The notes: generated by a model not told the origin, from the sequence alone. 64,000 nt of DNA from Myxococcales bacterium (GCA_043747615.1 JAYTOU010000027.1:21589-85588); one strand, 5' to 3'. Positions 8,964 to 19,013 are shown, counted from the first letter of the stretch. A program made the numbers and translations.

Positions 8964-10358
8964 TCATTGTGGAAAAAAGATCGGGTTTTGACCGGCGGGA
9001 GGTGGTGTGCTCGGCGTGGGCGGTGTTGCCGACGGGCTCGCGACTATTTTTCGGACCGGCGGAGCGCTTGCGGCAGCGGATGCCGAGGCGCTGCGAGCGC
9101 TTGCGGGCGCCGCGATCACAGGTGATGGGCCTGGCATCGGCAGCGGCTCGATCGCCAGGGGAGGCGTCGGCACAGTGGGCGGGGCGGCGGTCGGCGGTGG
9201 TGCGCCAACGGTCACCGCGTGGGTTCGACTCCGAAGAAAAAAGCTTGCCGCCACGAGCGCTATCGCGAGGGCGATCACGAGTGGCGCCACGATTGCAGCG
9301 ACCAACAGGAGCGAACGTTTGCGCGCTGCCGCCGTCGCGACCTGGCTTTGACTCCATGTGGAAGAAGTCACGGAGGCGGCAGGAGCGACGACTATCTCGG
9401 CCAGCGAGGAACGGTTGACGCCCCTCGCCAACGTCTTCTGAATTTTCATGGGGGAGACGTGCCCTGGCGGGGCGAACGGCGCGAGATCGGCGGCGAGCTC
9501 CCCGACGCTCGCGTAGCGCTGATCGGGCGCCTTCGCGAGGCACTTCAAGACGACGCGGTCGAGCCCTGGCGGAAGCTCGGGGCATCGCGCTGACGGCGGA
9601 ACGGCCGTTTGCTCGAGAATCGCGCTGAAAAGCTCGCCCAGGGACTCGCCACGGAACGGCAGTACACCTGTAGTCAGCTCGTACAGGATGACACCGAGCG
9701 ACCAGACGTCGGCGCGTGAATCGATCGTGCGCGCGCTCCGAAGCTGCTCGGGCGGAACGTAGAACGGCGAGCCGAGGATCGTGCCCGCCGAGGTGACGTG
9801 ACCGACCTTCGCGTTGGAACCCTCCTGAACTTTGGAGATCCCGAAATCGAGGACCTTGATCACGTCGTCGCCGCTCTGCTGTGCCAGAAAAAGATTTGCG
9901 GGCTTTAGATCTCGATGAATGATGCCGAGCGCGTGCGCCGCGGCAACGGCCTCGAGCGCCTGGAGCACGTAATCTACCGCCTCCGCTAGGGGGAGGCGAC
10001 CGCGCTCCACGAGAAGCTGCGCGAGGTCCCGCCCCTCGAGGTACTCGAGCGCGATGAACGCGACCCCACCTCGATCGAGTGTTCCAACGTCCATCACGCG
10101 CGCGACGTGCTCGTTCTTGATCTTGGCGGCGGAACGCGCTTCGTTCAGAAAGCGCGCAATCACTTCCGGGTTTCGCGCGACCTCTTCGAGCAGAAGCTTG
10201 AGAGCCACGCGCTCACCGAGCAGCTCGTGGTGGGCCGCATAGACGATGCCCATGCCTCCTTTGCCGATGACCTTCTCAATCCGGTACTTGCCGTCGAGGA
10301 GCGTGCCGATGCCAGGCAAGAATGCCCTCACGGTCGGTTCGAACCCCAGGTCGCTCAC
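8964..10358 (-). CDS. Membrane-anchored Hanks-type Ser/Thr protein kinase
   Basis: GKGGMG, VALK, HRDLKPAN, DFG, DVWSLG; TM helix and Pro-rich tail. Confidence 0.95.
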   Translation of the reverse strand: MSDLGFEPTVRAFLPGIGTLLDGKYRIEKVIGKGGMGIVYAAHHELLGERVALKLLLEEVARNPEVIARFLNEARSAAKIKNEHVARVMDVGTLDRGGVAFIALEYLEGRDLAQLLVERGRLPLAEAVDYVLQALEAVAAAHALGIIHRDLKPANLFLAQQSGDDVIKVLDFGISKVQEGSNAKVGHVTSAGTILGSPFYVPPEQLRSARTIDSRADVWSLGVILYELTTGVLPFRGESLGELFSAILEQTAVPPSARCPELPPGLDRVVLKCLAKAPDQRYASVGELAADLAPFAPPGHVSPMKIQKTLARGVNRSSLAEIVVAPAASVTSSTWSQSQVATAAARKRSLLLVAAIVAPLVIALAIALVAASFFLRSRTHAVTVGAPPPTAAPPTVPTPPLAIEPLPMPGPSPVIAAPASARSASASAAASAPPVRKIVASPSATPPTPSTPPPAGQNPIFFPQ

Positions 10359-10429
10359 CGGGAGAGCTTATACCCAGCCGCGGCCGCGTACATACAGTCG
10401 TGTAGGTATCGCCCTCGGGGAAAGCGCGT

Positions 10430-11716
10430 TTACGCCAACTGGTCGCGCGCCTCGATCAAGCGCGCCATGGCCACGCGCCGTATCTTCCCGAGTCGGTCGA
10501 TGTCCGCGCCGGCAAAAAGAGAGCTCCGCACGCGTCGTTGCAGACGCTCCGCACGATCGAGCCAGGCCAAGGCTGCGAACGGGGAGAGGGCGATCACCGC
10601 GATGGCGGCGAAGAGCGCCGGACGGGGTACGAAGAACACCGCGAGCATCACGAGAAGCGCGGCCCATAGAGGATGTACGACCAGACCCGCACCGAGCTTG
10701 TAGGTCGACACCAGGTCGGCCTCGTCGGCCTTCCGCGCGACGATGCGCGGCACTTGGTACGGCGGCCAGTAAAGGACGATCCCGATGACGGCCAGGGGCA
10801 GCGCTGCCACGAGCCCAATCGCGCGAACGAGACCACCCGCCTTTCGGGCGAGCTCGCCCTTGGCGACCTCCTCGTCGCCCACCCCGGCACGTTCGAGCTC
10901 GGCATAGTAGCTCGAGACCTTCATCATTATCTCGCGGTAGAGCGGCGCATCGGGGGTCAGCACTCTCTTGGCAGCCTCGACACGCTGACCGATCAGCGTC
11001 ACCCCCTCGAGGCTGTGGTCTTTCGCGTCGTTGGCGAACATCTCTGCGATGCGGGCAATGACAATCCGTTCCTCCCACGTGTCACCTTCGACAATCAGCT
11101 CCGAGAGATCGTCCGCCAGGATCTTCGTGATCGCGCCCGCCAGGTCGCCGTCCGTGATGGCGTCGACCGAACGCACCGGTCCGTACATGAGGAGACTGCG
11201 CGAGCGAAAGACGTCTCGCTCTTCGAACTCCAGACCCACCGCCTGAAATGTCAGGCCTTTCGTTCCGTCGCTCTTCGCGTGCGCGAGCATGCGCCCGCCG
11301 CCCGAGCGCATGGGGATCAAGTGAGGTTCGTTGTGGCTCGTTCCCTCGGGGAAAATAAGGATATTTCCCTTGTTCGTGAGGTGAGCGGCCACCTTCTCGA
11401 AGACCTCGTCGTTCGCGGCGGCGTTCTTGTTGGGGTCGTCGCAGCGTCGCACGATGGGCACCGCATCGACGGCGTCGAGCAGCCAACGGAGCACGGGGAT
11501 CTTCCACAGCGGCGCTTTTCCTAGAGGCGATATAGGGCAGGGAGCCGTGGTGAGAACGAGGATCGGATCGACGAGCCCGTTCACGTGGTTGGCGGCAAAG
11601 AGTCGTCCGCCAACGTCGGCGCGGGGGATCTCGCCGACGATTTCGATCTCTCGAAAGTAGATCTGGATGACGCGCCGGAAAAACCAGCGGATGGAAGCGC
11701 GCGCGGCTCCCGGCAC
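10430..11716 (-). CDS. PlsC-like lysophospholipid acyltransferase with C-terminal TM helices
   Basis: NHVNGLVD (HX4D) and IFPEGTSH motifs. Confidence 0.85.
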   Translation of the reverse strand: MPGAARASIRWFFRRVIQIYFREIEIVGEIPRADVGGRLFAANHVNGLVDPILVLTTAPCPISPLGKAPLWKIPVLRWLLDAVDAVPIVRRCDDPNKNAAANDEVFEKVAAHLTNKGNILIFPEGTSHNEPHLIPMRSGGGRMLAHAKSDGTKGLTFQAVGLEFEERDVFRSRSLLMYGPVRSVDAITDGDLAGAITKILADDLSELIVEGDTWEERIVIARIAEMFANDAKDHSLEGVTLIGQRVEAAKRVLTPDAPLYREIMMKVSSYYAELERAGVGDEEVAKGELARKAGGLVRAIGLVAALPLAVIGIVLYWPPYQVPRIVARKADEADLVSTYKLGAGLVVHPLWAALLVMLAVFFVPRPALFAAIAVIALSPFAALAWLDRAERLQRRVRSSLFAGADIDRLGKIRRVAMARLIEARDQLA

Positions 11717-11721
11717 GACGC

Positions 11722-12186
11722 TTAGCTGGTCAGCCCTTGAGCGAGCGTGCGCGGTACGTCTTTGAAGAGGATCACGACCTTGGCATTGTCGATCACCTGG
11801 GTGACGACGCCGTCACCGAAGCGCGTGTGGCGAACGAGATCGCCGGGCTGGAACGTTTCGGCGACGGTGTACCGCTTGAAGTCGCTCACCGCGCGGCCGG
11901 CGATGGCCTTTTCCCAGCTGTGCTCGAGATCGCGGCGGGCCTGCTCGGCCTTCGTCACGTGGCTCACGCGGGCAGCGCGGGGCTCAGAGACGCCCTTCTT
12001 CGAGCCCGTAGGCTCGGCTTTTTCACCTGGCGGCCGAGCGCGGTAATTGTGGTGCGAGTTGCAGGTCGAGCACTCGACGCGCTTCGGAAGCGGTCCGACC
12101 ATCGCGATGATCCGGTGGTTCAAAATCATCCGGCATTTGGTGCAGAAGCTATCGATCTCACCACCGGCATGGGGCGCCTTACTCAT
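11722..12186 (-). CDS. Zn-ribbon protein with C-terminal SH3/Tudor-like domain
   Basis: CTKC...CSTC; FQPGDLVRHTRFGDGVV resembles the PcrA/UvrD C-terminal domain. Confidence 0.75.
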   Translation of the reverse strand: MSKAPHAGGEIDSFCTKCRMILNHRIIAMVGPLPKRVECSTCNSHHNYRARPPGEKAEPTGSKKGVSEPRAARVSHVTKAEQARRDLEHSWEKAIAGRAVSDFKRYTVAETFQPGDLVRHTRFGDGVVTQVIDNAKVVILFKDVPRTLAQGLTS

Positions 12187-12688
12187 TCCCGCGTCTACGG
12201 CGCTCTCGCGGCCGCTCCTCTCGCTTTACGTACATGTCCATTTTGATTTCGGGCTTGGACGTTTCCGGCTTCGCGTCCGATGACGACGCTGGCTGGGCAG
12301 GGTCGCCTGGCTTTTTCTTGTCGCCGGCGCTCTCTGGTTTCGGACTCTCGTTCGGGCTGAAACGGACCGTGGTGTTAATCTCGAACTGCACGGTGGTCAG
12401 CAGCTTCTGGATTTCACCGGCCATGTTCGTGTGCTCGAGAAAATCGCGCATCTCCTTCGCGACGACGCGGAAGAGGCCGTTCTTCGTCTCGTCGATCTGC
12501 GACAGGAGGTAGCCCGCGATCTCTTTCGGGAGCTTCAGATCGTGCACGAACTGCTTGAGCGTCTCGGGTGAGCTCGACGCCTTCTCAACGCCGATCTCCA
12601 CGGCGCGCTTGAGAAGCTCGGGGATCATTCCCTCGAGTCGCCTGCGCTTTCCGGGGGCATCTCCATCACCGGAATCGTGTTCGCTCAC
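12179..12688 (-). CDS. Hypothetical helical protein
   Basis: GTG start at 12688 (MSEHDSGD); LKLPKEIAGYLLSQIDETKNGLFRVVAKEMRDFL; overlaps the next gene by 8 nt. Confidence 0.7.
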   Translation of the reverse strand: MSEHDSGDGDAPGKRRRLEGMIPELLKRAVEIGVEKASSSPETLKQFVHDLKLPKEIAGYLLSQIDETKNGLFRVVAKEMRDFLEHTNMAGEIQKLLTTVQFEINTTVRFSPNESPKPESAGDKKKPGDPAQPASSSDAKPETSKPEIKMDMYVKREERPRERRRRGNE

Positions 12689-12767
12689 CCCGGAGAAGTA
12701 ACGCCACGGCGCAAGACGGTCAACTGGCGGCTTGGAACACCATGCGCCACGAGCTTGCGAACGTCGC

Positions 12768-13169
12768 TCAAGCGGCGGCGGACAAGATGCGGGAAATCCC
12801 CAGCGCGGCGGCGTCCATCGCGAGGTCGCGTGCCCCGCCTCCCGGAGCGCCGCGTCCGCAGAGCAGAACTTCCTGTCCGCTGATCTGGATGTGGCGAACG
12901 TCGACGTCCGCGCGCATCGAAGCGATTCGCGACTGCACGGGGCCGTCGCCGATGCCCTCGTCGGCGAGGAGAGGAGCGTACGCGGCGAGCTCTTCGCACG
13001 CGGCCCACGACCCGGCACCGGCGACGACGACCCCAGAATGGTCGGCCAGAACGACGGTCTCGAGCGAGCCAGCATGCCGTGCATGCGTGAGCTGATAATG
13101 CAGAGCGATGAGCGGATCGGTGCTGCGCTTGCGCCGGCGGTCTTCCGTCGTCAGATCAAAAGTCGACAT
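12768..13169 (-). CDS. Roadblock/LC7-like hypothetical protein
   Basis: SLETVVLADHSGVVVAGAG...EELAAYA pattern typical of the roadblock fold. Confidence 0.6.
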   Translation of the reverse strand: MSTFDLTTEDRRRKRSTDPLIALHYQLTHARHAGSLETVVLADHSGVVVAGAGSWAACEELAAYAPLLADEGIGDGPVQSRIASMRADVDVRHIQISGQEVLLCGRGAPGGGARDLAMDAAALGISRILSAAA

Positions 13170-13254
13170 GGGCGAAGTTTCCGACTGTAGGTAAAGGTGG
13201 GCCAAGTTCGCGGGGTGGCTTGACCCTCGCCCGCATCTTCGCCAATGGGAATCC

Positions 13255-14562
13255 ATGGGAAATCGCCAAGTCTTCAAGAAAAGGCGCGACGCCTTCATCG
13301 CCGCGATGACCGGCGACGCAGTAGCGATTTTTGCGGCCGCGCCCCTGACGACCCGCAACAACGACGTCGAGCACGAGTACCGGCAAGACTCCGATTTCTA
13401 CTACCTGACCGGCTTCGACGAGCCGGAGAGCGTGCTCGTCCTCTGCGCCAAGGATCGCAAGACCACCATGTTCGTGCGCGCCCGCGATGCGGAGCGCGAG
13501 ATCTGGGACGGCCCGCGCGTGGGCGTGGACGGCGCGAAGAGCGACTTCGGTGCGGACGACGCGTTCTTGATCGGCGACTTCGACGAGCATCTGCCGAAGC
13601 TTCTCCAAGACAAAAACCGCCTTTATTTCAGGCTGGCAAGAGATCGCGCGCTCGACGACCGTCTTCTTGCGATAATCGACAAGGGGCGGACGCGTGCGCG
13701 AGCCGCGTTCGTGTGGCCGTCGGAGATCATCGATCCGGGGAGCGTCCTTCACGAGATGCGCCTCTTCAAGAGCGCAGAGGACGTCGCGTCGATGCGGAAG
13801 GCGGCCGCGATAACTGCCGACGCACACAAGCGGGCGATGGCAGCCGCCAAGCCAGGCATGCACGAGTACGAGATCGAAGCGCTCCTCTTGGAAGCGTTTC
13901 GCCGCCACGGCTCGGAGCGGCCTGCGTACGGAAGCATCGTCGGCTCGGGCCCCAACGCGACCATCCTCCACTACCGCTCAAACAACCGGAAGATGGAGGC
14001 CGGCGACCTCCTCCTCATCGACGCTGGGTGCGAGTTCGAATACTTCGCGAGTGACGTGACGCGCACGCTGCCCGTAAGCGGAACGTTCTCGAAGGAGCAG
14101 CGCGCCATCTACGAGATCGTGCTCGAAGCCCAGCTCGCGAGCATCAAAGCGACGCGCCCCGGGGCCACGCTCGAAGAAATTCACCGCCGGAGCGTCGAGG
14201 TGATCACGGCCGGCCTCGCGCGTGTGGGGATCCTCAGTGGCACAACAGAAAAGCTAATAGCTGAAGACGCTTACCGCCCATTCTTTATGCATCGCACGAG
14301 CCACTGGCTCGGCATGGACGTCCACGACGTCGGCCCGTACTTTCGCGGTGGCAAGCCTCGGGCGCTCGAAGCCGGCATGGTGATCACGGTCGAGCCGGGG
14401 ATCTACATCGCGAAGGACTGCGACAAGGTCGAGGCGCGCTGGCGCGGCATCGGCATACGGATCGAAGACGACATCCTCGTGACCGAAGACGGGCCGGTCA
14501 ACCTGACGCAGGCGATTCCGAAGACGGTGGCGGAGGTGGAGCAAGCTTGCCGCGCGTCGTAG
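13255..14562 (+). CDS. pepP: Xaa-Pro aminopeptidase P
   Basis: YRQDSDFYYLTG, DAGCE..ASDVTRT, HWLGMDVHD, TVEPGIY, GIRIEDD. Confidence 0.95.
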   Translation: MGNRQVFKKRRDAFIAAMTGDAVAIFAAAPLTTRNNDVEHEYRQDSDFYYLTGFDEPESVLVLCAKDRKTTMFVRARDAEREIWDGPRVGVDGAKSDFGADDAFLIGDFDEHLPKLLQDKNRLYFRLARDRALDDRLLAIIDKGRTRARAAFVWPSEIIDPGSVLHEMRLFKSAEDVASMRKAAAITADAHKRAMAAAKPGMHEYEIEALLLEAFRRHGSERPAYGSIVGSGPNATILHYRSNNRKMEAGDLLLIDAGCEFEYFASDVTRTLPVSGTFSKEQRAIYEIVLEAQLASIKATRPGATLEEIHRRSVEVITAGLARVGILSGTTEKLIAEDAYRPFFMHRTSHWLGMDVHDVGPYFRGGKPRALEAGMVITVEPGIYIAKDCDKVEARWRGIGIRIEDDILVTEDGPVNLTQAIPKTVAEVEQACRAS

Positions 14563-15013
14563 ATCTCCTCCACGTCGCGAACGCGTAGGTCGCGAGCCCG
14601 AACGCGACCCCAAGCGTCAGCCCCACGGCCAGCGATCCCACGAGCCACTCGAGGAGCATCGCTGGCCCGGCGCTGCGAACTTCGTCGACGCTGAGCGCGA
14701 GCCACCGCCCCGTGCGGGCCCGGTGCGCGACCTGGATCTCGGCAAGAATGATCCAAGGCAAGAAAAAGACGTTCGAGACGCGCGAGCCGACCCACGACCA
14801 GAGCTTGTTTTTCCGGCAGAGCGCGGCGAGAGCCACGGCCAGCCATCCGTGAAATCCAACCGCGGGCGTGCATCCTGCGTAGACGCCGATGCCGACCGCC
14901 CAGGCGATCTCACGGGGGCTCGAGTGCTCGTCCTTGAGCGTGCGCCAAAGCGCGAGCGCGCGCGCTCGGCCATGGTCGACAAAGCGTTCCGCCGAGGACT
15001 CGTCGATCGTCAC
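14498..15013 (-). CDS. DUF2062-like membrane protein
   Basis: SPREIAWAVGIGVYAGCTP...N..W..GSRVSN pattern; convergent overlap with the pepP 3' end. Confidence 0.75.
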   Translation of the reverse strand: MTIDESSAERFVDHGRARALALWRTLKDEHSSPREIAWAVGIGVYAGCTPAVGFHGWLAVALAALCRKNKLWSWVGSRVSNVFFLPWIILAEIQVAHRARTGRWLALSVDEVRSAGPAMLLEWLVGSLAVGLTLGVAFGLATYAFATWRRSTTRGKLAPPPPPSSESPASG

Positions 15014-15066
15014 ACCTGTGGTCTAGCGCAAAATGATGGACTTTTCCTGCGGAATGCTAAGGAATC

Positions 15067-15993
15067 GTGGTGACTCTCGACGAGGCAGTGGAGGCGTTCG
15101 TCGCGTACCTGGCGGGCGAGAGGCGAGCGTCGCCGCATACCGTCTACGCGTACCGTGCCGACCTCGAGAGCCTCCTGCGCTTCGTGCGCGCGACATCCTC
15201 GAAAGAGGTCAGCCTCGAAGCGATCGATCTCTACGCACTTCGCGGATGGCTTGGCCAGCTCTCGCGAACCATTGCCCCAAGCTCGGTGGCTCGCCACGTC
15301 GCTGCCGTTCGCACCTGGATGCGGTGGCTTCGGCGCCGCGGGGTCATCACGAAGAGCCCTGCGGATGAGCTCGCGAGCCCGAAGGCGCGCCGTCCACTGC
15401 CTACGTTTCTCAGCGTCGATGCGGCCGCGGAAGTGATGGAGACCCCTGACGCATCTACGCCCACGGGGAAGCGCGACCGGGCCGTTTTGGAGCTCCTCTA
15501 CGGCTCGGGGCTGCGGGTGAGCGAGCTTGCCGCCCTCTCGCTCAGCGACGTCGATCTCCGGGCCCGCGAAACGCGCGTGCTCGGCAAGGGTAAAAAAGAG
15601 CGCGCGGTTCCCGTCGGCGAAAAGTGTGCGGAGGCCCTCGTCGCCTACTTCGAGGTACGCACGCAGCTCCGGCATCCGAAGACCGGAGACCACGATGTCC
15701 ACGCCGTCTTTTTGAGTGCCCGCGGCCGTCGCCTCGGGGTCCGTGCGGTCCAGGATCTCGTCCACAAATATGGCGCGCTCGGCGCAGGGCGAGCCGACTT
15801 GCATCCGCACGCTCTTCGTCACACCTGCGCCACGCACCTCCTCGACGGGGGCGCCGATCTTCGCGCCATCCAGGAATTTTTGGGGCATTCGTCGCTCACG
15901 ACCACCCAGCGATACACCCACGTGTCGATGGAGCATCTCATGAAGGTGTATGACGCCGCGCATCCGCTCGCGCGCGTGTCCCGAACCAAGTAA
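15067..15993 (+). CDS. xerC: Tyrosine recombinase XerC
   Basis: SPHTVYAYRADL, LLYGSGLRVSE, GKGKKER, HPHALRHTCATHLL, LGHSSLTTTQRYTHV. Confidence 0.9.
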   Translation: MVTLDEAVEAFVAYLAGERRASPHTVYAYRADLESLLRFVRATSSKEVSLEAIDLYALRGWLGQLSRTIAPSSVARHVAAVRTWMRWLRRRGVITKSPADELASPKARRPLPTFLSVDAAAEVMETPDASTPTGKRDRAVLELLYGSGLRVSELAALSLSDVDLRARETRVLGKGKKERAVPVGEKCAEALVAYFEVRTQLRHPKTGDHDVHAVFLSARGRRLGVRAVQDLVHKYGALGAGRADLHPHALRHTCATHLLDGGADLRAIQEFLGHSSLTTTQRYTHVSMEHLMKVYDAAHPLARVSRTK

Positions 15994-16003
15994 GAAGCTC
16001 CAC

Positions 16004-18286
16004 GTGGTCACCGTATTGAAGAGACTGCTCTTCGCCACGGCGGGAGGAGTGACCGCCGCCACGCTCGTCGGCCTCGTCGAAGCGCGCGTGGCGTGGCTTG
16101 CCGGCACGGGGTCGAACGCGCCGTCGTACGGCTCTCTCGTGGCGGCTGACGTCGCGGTGCTCGCGCCTCTCGCTCTTGGCGTCTCCATGGCGGTCGGCGT
16201 TCTCATGATTTTCCTCGAGCCTGAGAGGGCCATTCCGCCGCGGGAGCACGTGTCCTCGATTCGCGCGCAACCCGTGCTCACGCGCTCCCGGACGGCGGCC
16301 CTCGCGCCGCTGGGGGTCCTCGTCGCCTTTGCGTGGTGCCTCGGATGCGCTCATCTCGGGCGCGCGCTCTTGTCGTCCGGAAGCCCCTTTAGCGCCGGTG
16401 TGGAGCTTGCGCTCGGCGCGTTGGCCATGCTCGTTGCCCTCGCCGCGTGCGGGCTGGCGCTTCTCCCGCCCCTTCGAAAAACCTTGGCCCGTGGCTCCGC
16501 GCGAAGCCCGCGCATGCTCGACCCGGTGGTCACCGGAGGGGTGGCGTTCCTGGCCATGGCCGTCCTTTTTGCGTGGGGAGTGTATGCCGGTGACACGGGC
16601 GGCGAAGGGGGCGGAGCGTTGGGAATTTTCGCCGTGCTCAAGCGGACCGAGCTTGATCTGAGGCCGGTCATCGACCTCGTGGCGATGGCCACGGGGGCGT
16701 ACGCCGCGCCGGTTGCTGCCGCTGAAGACAATCGATCGGGAGCGCGTCCACTGCTCATAGCGCTCGTTCTACTCGTCACTCCTCTGGCGATCACCGTCCG
16801 CGAGGGGTCGGTGCTCAACCACGAGTCGCTCGTCGCGCGCTCGATCGAGCGAAGTGCGCCGCTCGGGAAGCTCGCCCTCCAGCTCCTCCGTAAGGCTACG
16901 GATCGCGATCACGACGGTGCATCGCCGTACTTCGGCGGAGGCGACTGCGACGACCACGATGTTACCCGGTCGCCTTTGGCCATCGACGTCCCGGGCAACG
17001 GCATCGACGAGGACTGCTCGGGCGGCGATCTTCCAGCCCCTCTGCCCGTGAGAGTCCCCCCTCCGCCCGTTGTGGCACTTCGCACCATCCCGACCGATCT
17101 CAACTTGATTCTGATCACCATCGATACGCTCCGCACCGACGTTGGGTTCATGGGCTACGAAAAGCCGGTCAGCCCAAACCTCGACAAATTAGCTGCGAAA
17201 AGCGTGATCTTCGATCGGGCGTACGCCATGGCCTCGTACACCGGCAAGAGCCTCGGGCCGATGCTCATCGGAAAATATCCGAGCGAGACGATGCGCAACA
17301 CGTCGCACTTCAACACGTACGACGCCTCCAACACATTCGTCGCCGAGCGCCTCAAAAAGCAGGGCCTCCGCACTTTCGGGGCCGCCTCCCACTGGTACTT
17401 CAACGGCTGGAGCGGGCTTACGCAGGGCATGACGGAGTGGGATCTCTCCGCCAAGCCGAGCAGCGGCCAGGGAGACACGGACAACTCGACGACGAGCAAA
17501 GAGCTCACCGACGCCGCGCTGCGCGAGCTCGCGCGACCAGAGAACACGGGCGGCCGCTTCTTCATGTGGGTCCATTATTTCGATCCCCACGCTCAGTATT
17601 TGGCGCACGAAGGCTCGCCGAATTTTATGAGCGGAACGACCGCGATCGAAGCAACAAAGGCTGCGTACGACGCCGAGGTGTGGTTCACCGACAAGCAACT
17701 CGGGAGGCTGTTCGAAAAAATCGAAACCGAAGCGTGGGGAAAAAATACGGCGATCGTCATCACGGCCGATCACGGTGAAGCCTTCGCCGATCACGCCATG
17801 AGCTTTCACGGAGGCGAGCTCTGGGAGTCGCTCGTGCATGTCCCGCTCGTGATCTATATCCCCGGCGCGGAGCCACGGCACGTGCCCGTGAAGCGCGGTC
17901 ACATCGATCTCGTCCCGACGCTGCTGGCGATCATGGGCTTCCCACTCTCCGATCCCTCCGAGCTGTCGGGTGAGAGCATGCTCAGCGACGTCCTCGGTGC
18001 GCCGGGAACCGAGCTCGCGGAGCGCGATATCTACTTCGATATGCCGGCCAGCCCGTACAGCCAGATGCGGCGAGGAATGCTCCACGGAAAGACTCCGGGG
18101 ATGAAGCTCATTCACCTCGGCGGCAACAACTACAATCTCTTCGATCTCGAAAGCGATCCGGGCGAGCGCGAAGACCTCGTGACCGACCGCGCGAAGTTCG
18201 ACCCCGTCTACGCCGCGTTCCAAGAGCAGCGTGCGCGACTGAAAGAAGTAGAGCCGCGGGCCGATCCCACGGATCTTCCGCAGTGA
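16004..18286 (+). CDS. Membrane-bound sulfatase-like hydrolase/transferase (alkaline phosphatase superfamily) with putative metal-binding DCDD repeat
   Basis: Many N-terminal TM helices; DRDHDG...DCDD...GNGIDEDC; LITIDTLR, HYFDPH, TADHGE. Confidence 0.85.
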   Translation: MVTVLKRLLFATAGGVTAATLVGLVEARVAWLAGTGSNAPSYGSLVAADVAVLAPLALGVSMAVGVLMIFLEPERAIPPREHVSSIRAQPVLTRSRTAALAPLGVLVAFAWCLGCAHLGRALLSSGSPFSAGVELALGALAMLVALAACGLALLPPLRKTLARGSARSPRMLDPVVTGGVAFLAMAVLFAWGVYAGDTGGEGGGALGIFAVLKRTELDLRPVIDLVAMATGAYAAPVAAAEDNRSGARPLLIALVLLVTPLAITVREGSVLNHESLVARSIERSAPLGKLALQLLRKATDRDHDGASPYFGGGDCDDHDVTRSPLAIDVPGNGIDEDCSGGDLPAPLPVRVPPPPVVALRTIPTDLNLILITIDTLRTDVGFMGYEKPVSPNLDKLAAKSVIFDRAYAMASYTGKSLGPMLIGKYPSETMRNTSHFNTYDASNTFVAERLKKQGLRTFGAASHWYFNGWSGLTQGMTEWDLSAKPSSGQGDTDNSTTSKELTDAALRELARPENTGGRFFMWVHYFDPHAQYLAHEGSPNFMSGTTAIEATKAAYDAEVWFTDKQLGRLFEKIETEAWGKNTAIVITADHGEAFADHAMSFHGGELWESLVHVPLVIYIPGAEPRHVPVKRGHIDLVPTLLAIMGFPLSDPSELSGESMLSDVLGAPGTELAERDIYFDMPASPYSQMRRGMLHGKTPGMKLIHLGGNNYNLFDLESDPGEREDLVTDRAKFDPVYAAFQEQRARLKEVEPRADPTDLPQ

Positions 18287-18329
18287 CGCCCGAGGCGCCG
18301 AGCGGAGCTGACTCTCGGCTGACTTCCGT

Positions 18330-18983
18330 TCAGACGAGGAGCGCCAAGAGCTCGTAGAGCGAGGCGACGATCACGTCGGGTTCTGCGGCTCGGAGGCGCG
18401 CCGAGTCGACGAAGCCATCGAGCACGCCAATCGTCGCGCATCCCGCAGCTCTACCGGCTCCCACGTCTTGAGGGCCGTCGCCGACGACCCACGAAGCCTC
18501 CGGCCGCTCGCCGATTGTCTTGAGCACGGCGTGGATGGACCACGGATCGGGCTTGAGAGGTCCGTCTCCACCAGCGGCGATCGCGGCGAAGCGGGGCAGG
18601 AGTCCGATCGCCTCGAGAACGAGGAGCGTCGTCGTCCGCGGTTTGTTCGTCGCGAGTCCGATGGGCACGGGGGCAAGCGCATCGAGGACCTCCAGAGCTC
18701 CAGGCAGAAGAACCGTGTAGACGGCTGGATGCGCTTGGTAATACGCGTGGAACGCCGTGAGAGGACCGTCGAGCTCTGGGCTCTTCGCCGGTACGTCGAA
18801 CGCGCGCGCGAGCAGCATCCGCGCTCCGTCGCCTACGAACGTGCGGACCGTTTCCATGGGAAGTGGCGCGCGCCCGTGCGATACGAGAGCGTGATTGCAG
18901 GCCGCGGCGATGTCTTCGCGCGAGTCGATGAGCGTTCCGTCGAGATCGAAGATGACGGCGCGCGGGGAAAAAAGCTTACCCAC
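18330..18983 (-). CDS. gph: HAD-family phosphatase (phosphoglycolate phosphatase-like)
   Basis: FDLDGTLIDS, ATNK, KPDP, VGD...D..AGRAAG. Confidence 0.85.
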   Translation of the reverse strand: MGKLFSPRAVIFDLDGTLIDSREDIAAACNHALVSHGRAPLPMETVRTFVGDGARMLLARAFDVPAKSPELDGPLTAFHAYYQAHPAVYTVLLPGALEVLDALAPVPIGLATNKPRTTTLLVLEAIGLLPRFAAIAAGGDGPLKPDPWSIHAVLKTIGERPEASWVVGDGPQDVGAGRAAGCATIGVLDGFVDSARLRAAEPDVIVASLYELLALLV

Positions 18984-19013
18984 AGCGCGCCGAGTCTAGC
19001 CGACCGGGACGAG

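Noticed and set aside
14498..14562. 65-bp convergent overlap of pepP and the DUF2062-like gene as functional antisense control
   Set aside because: The overlap encodes only a low-complexity tail; such overlaps are common in GC-rich genomes
15067..15993. Tyrosine recombinase as the integrase of a mobile element
   Set aside because: It has typical XerC length and motifs, housekeeping neighbours, and no att repeats, tRNA or phage genes
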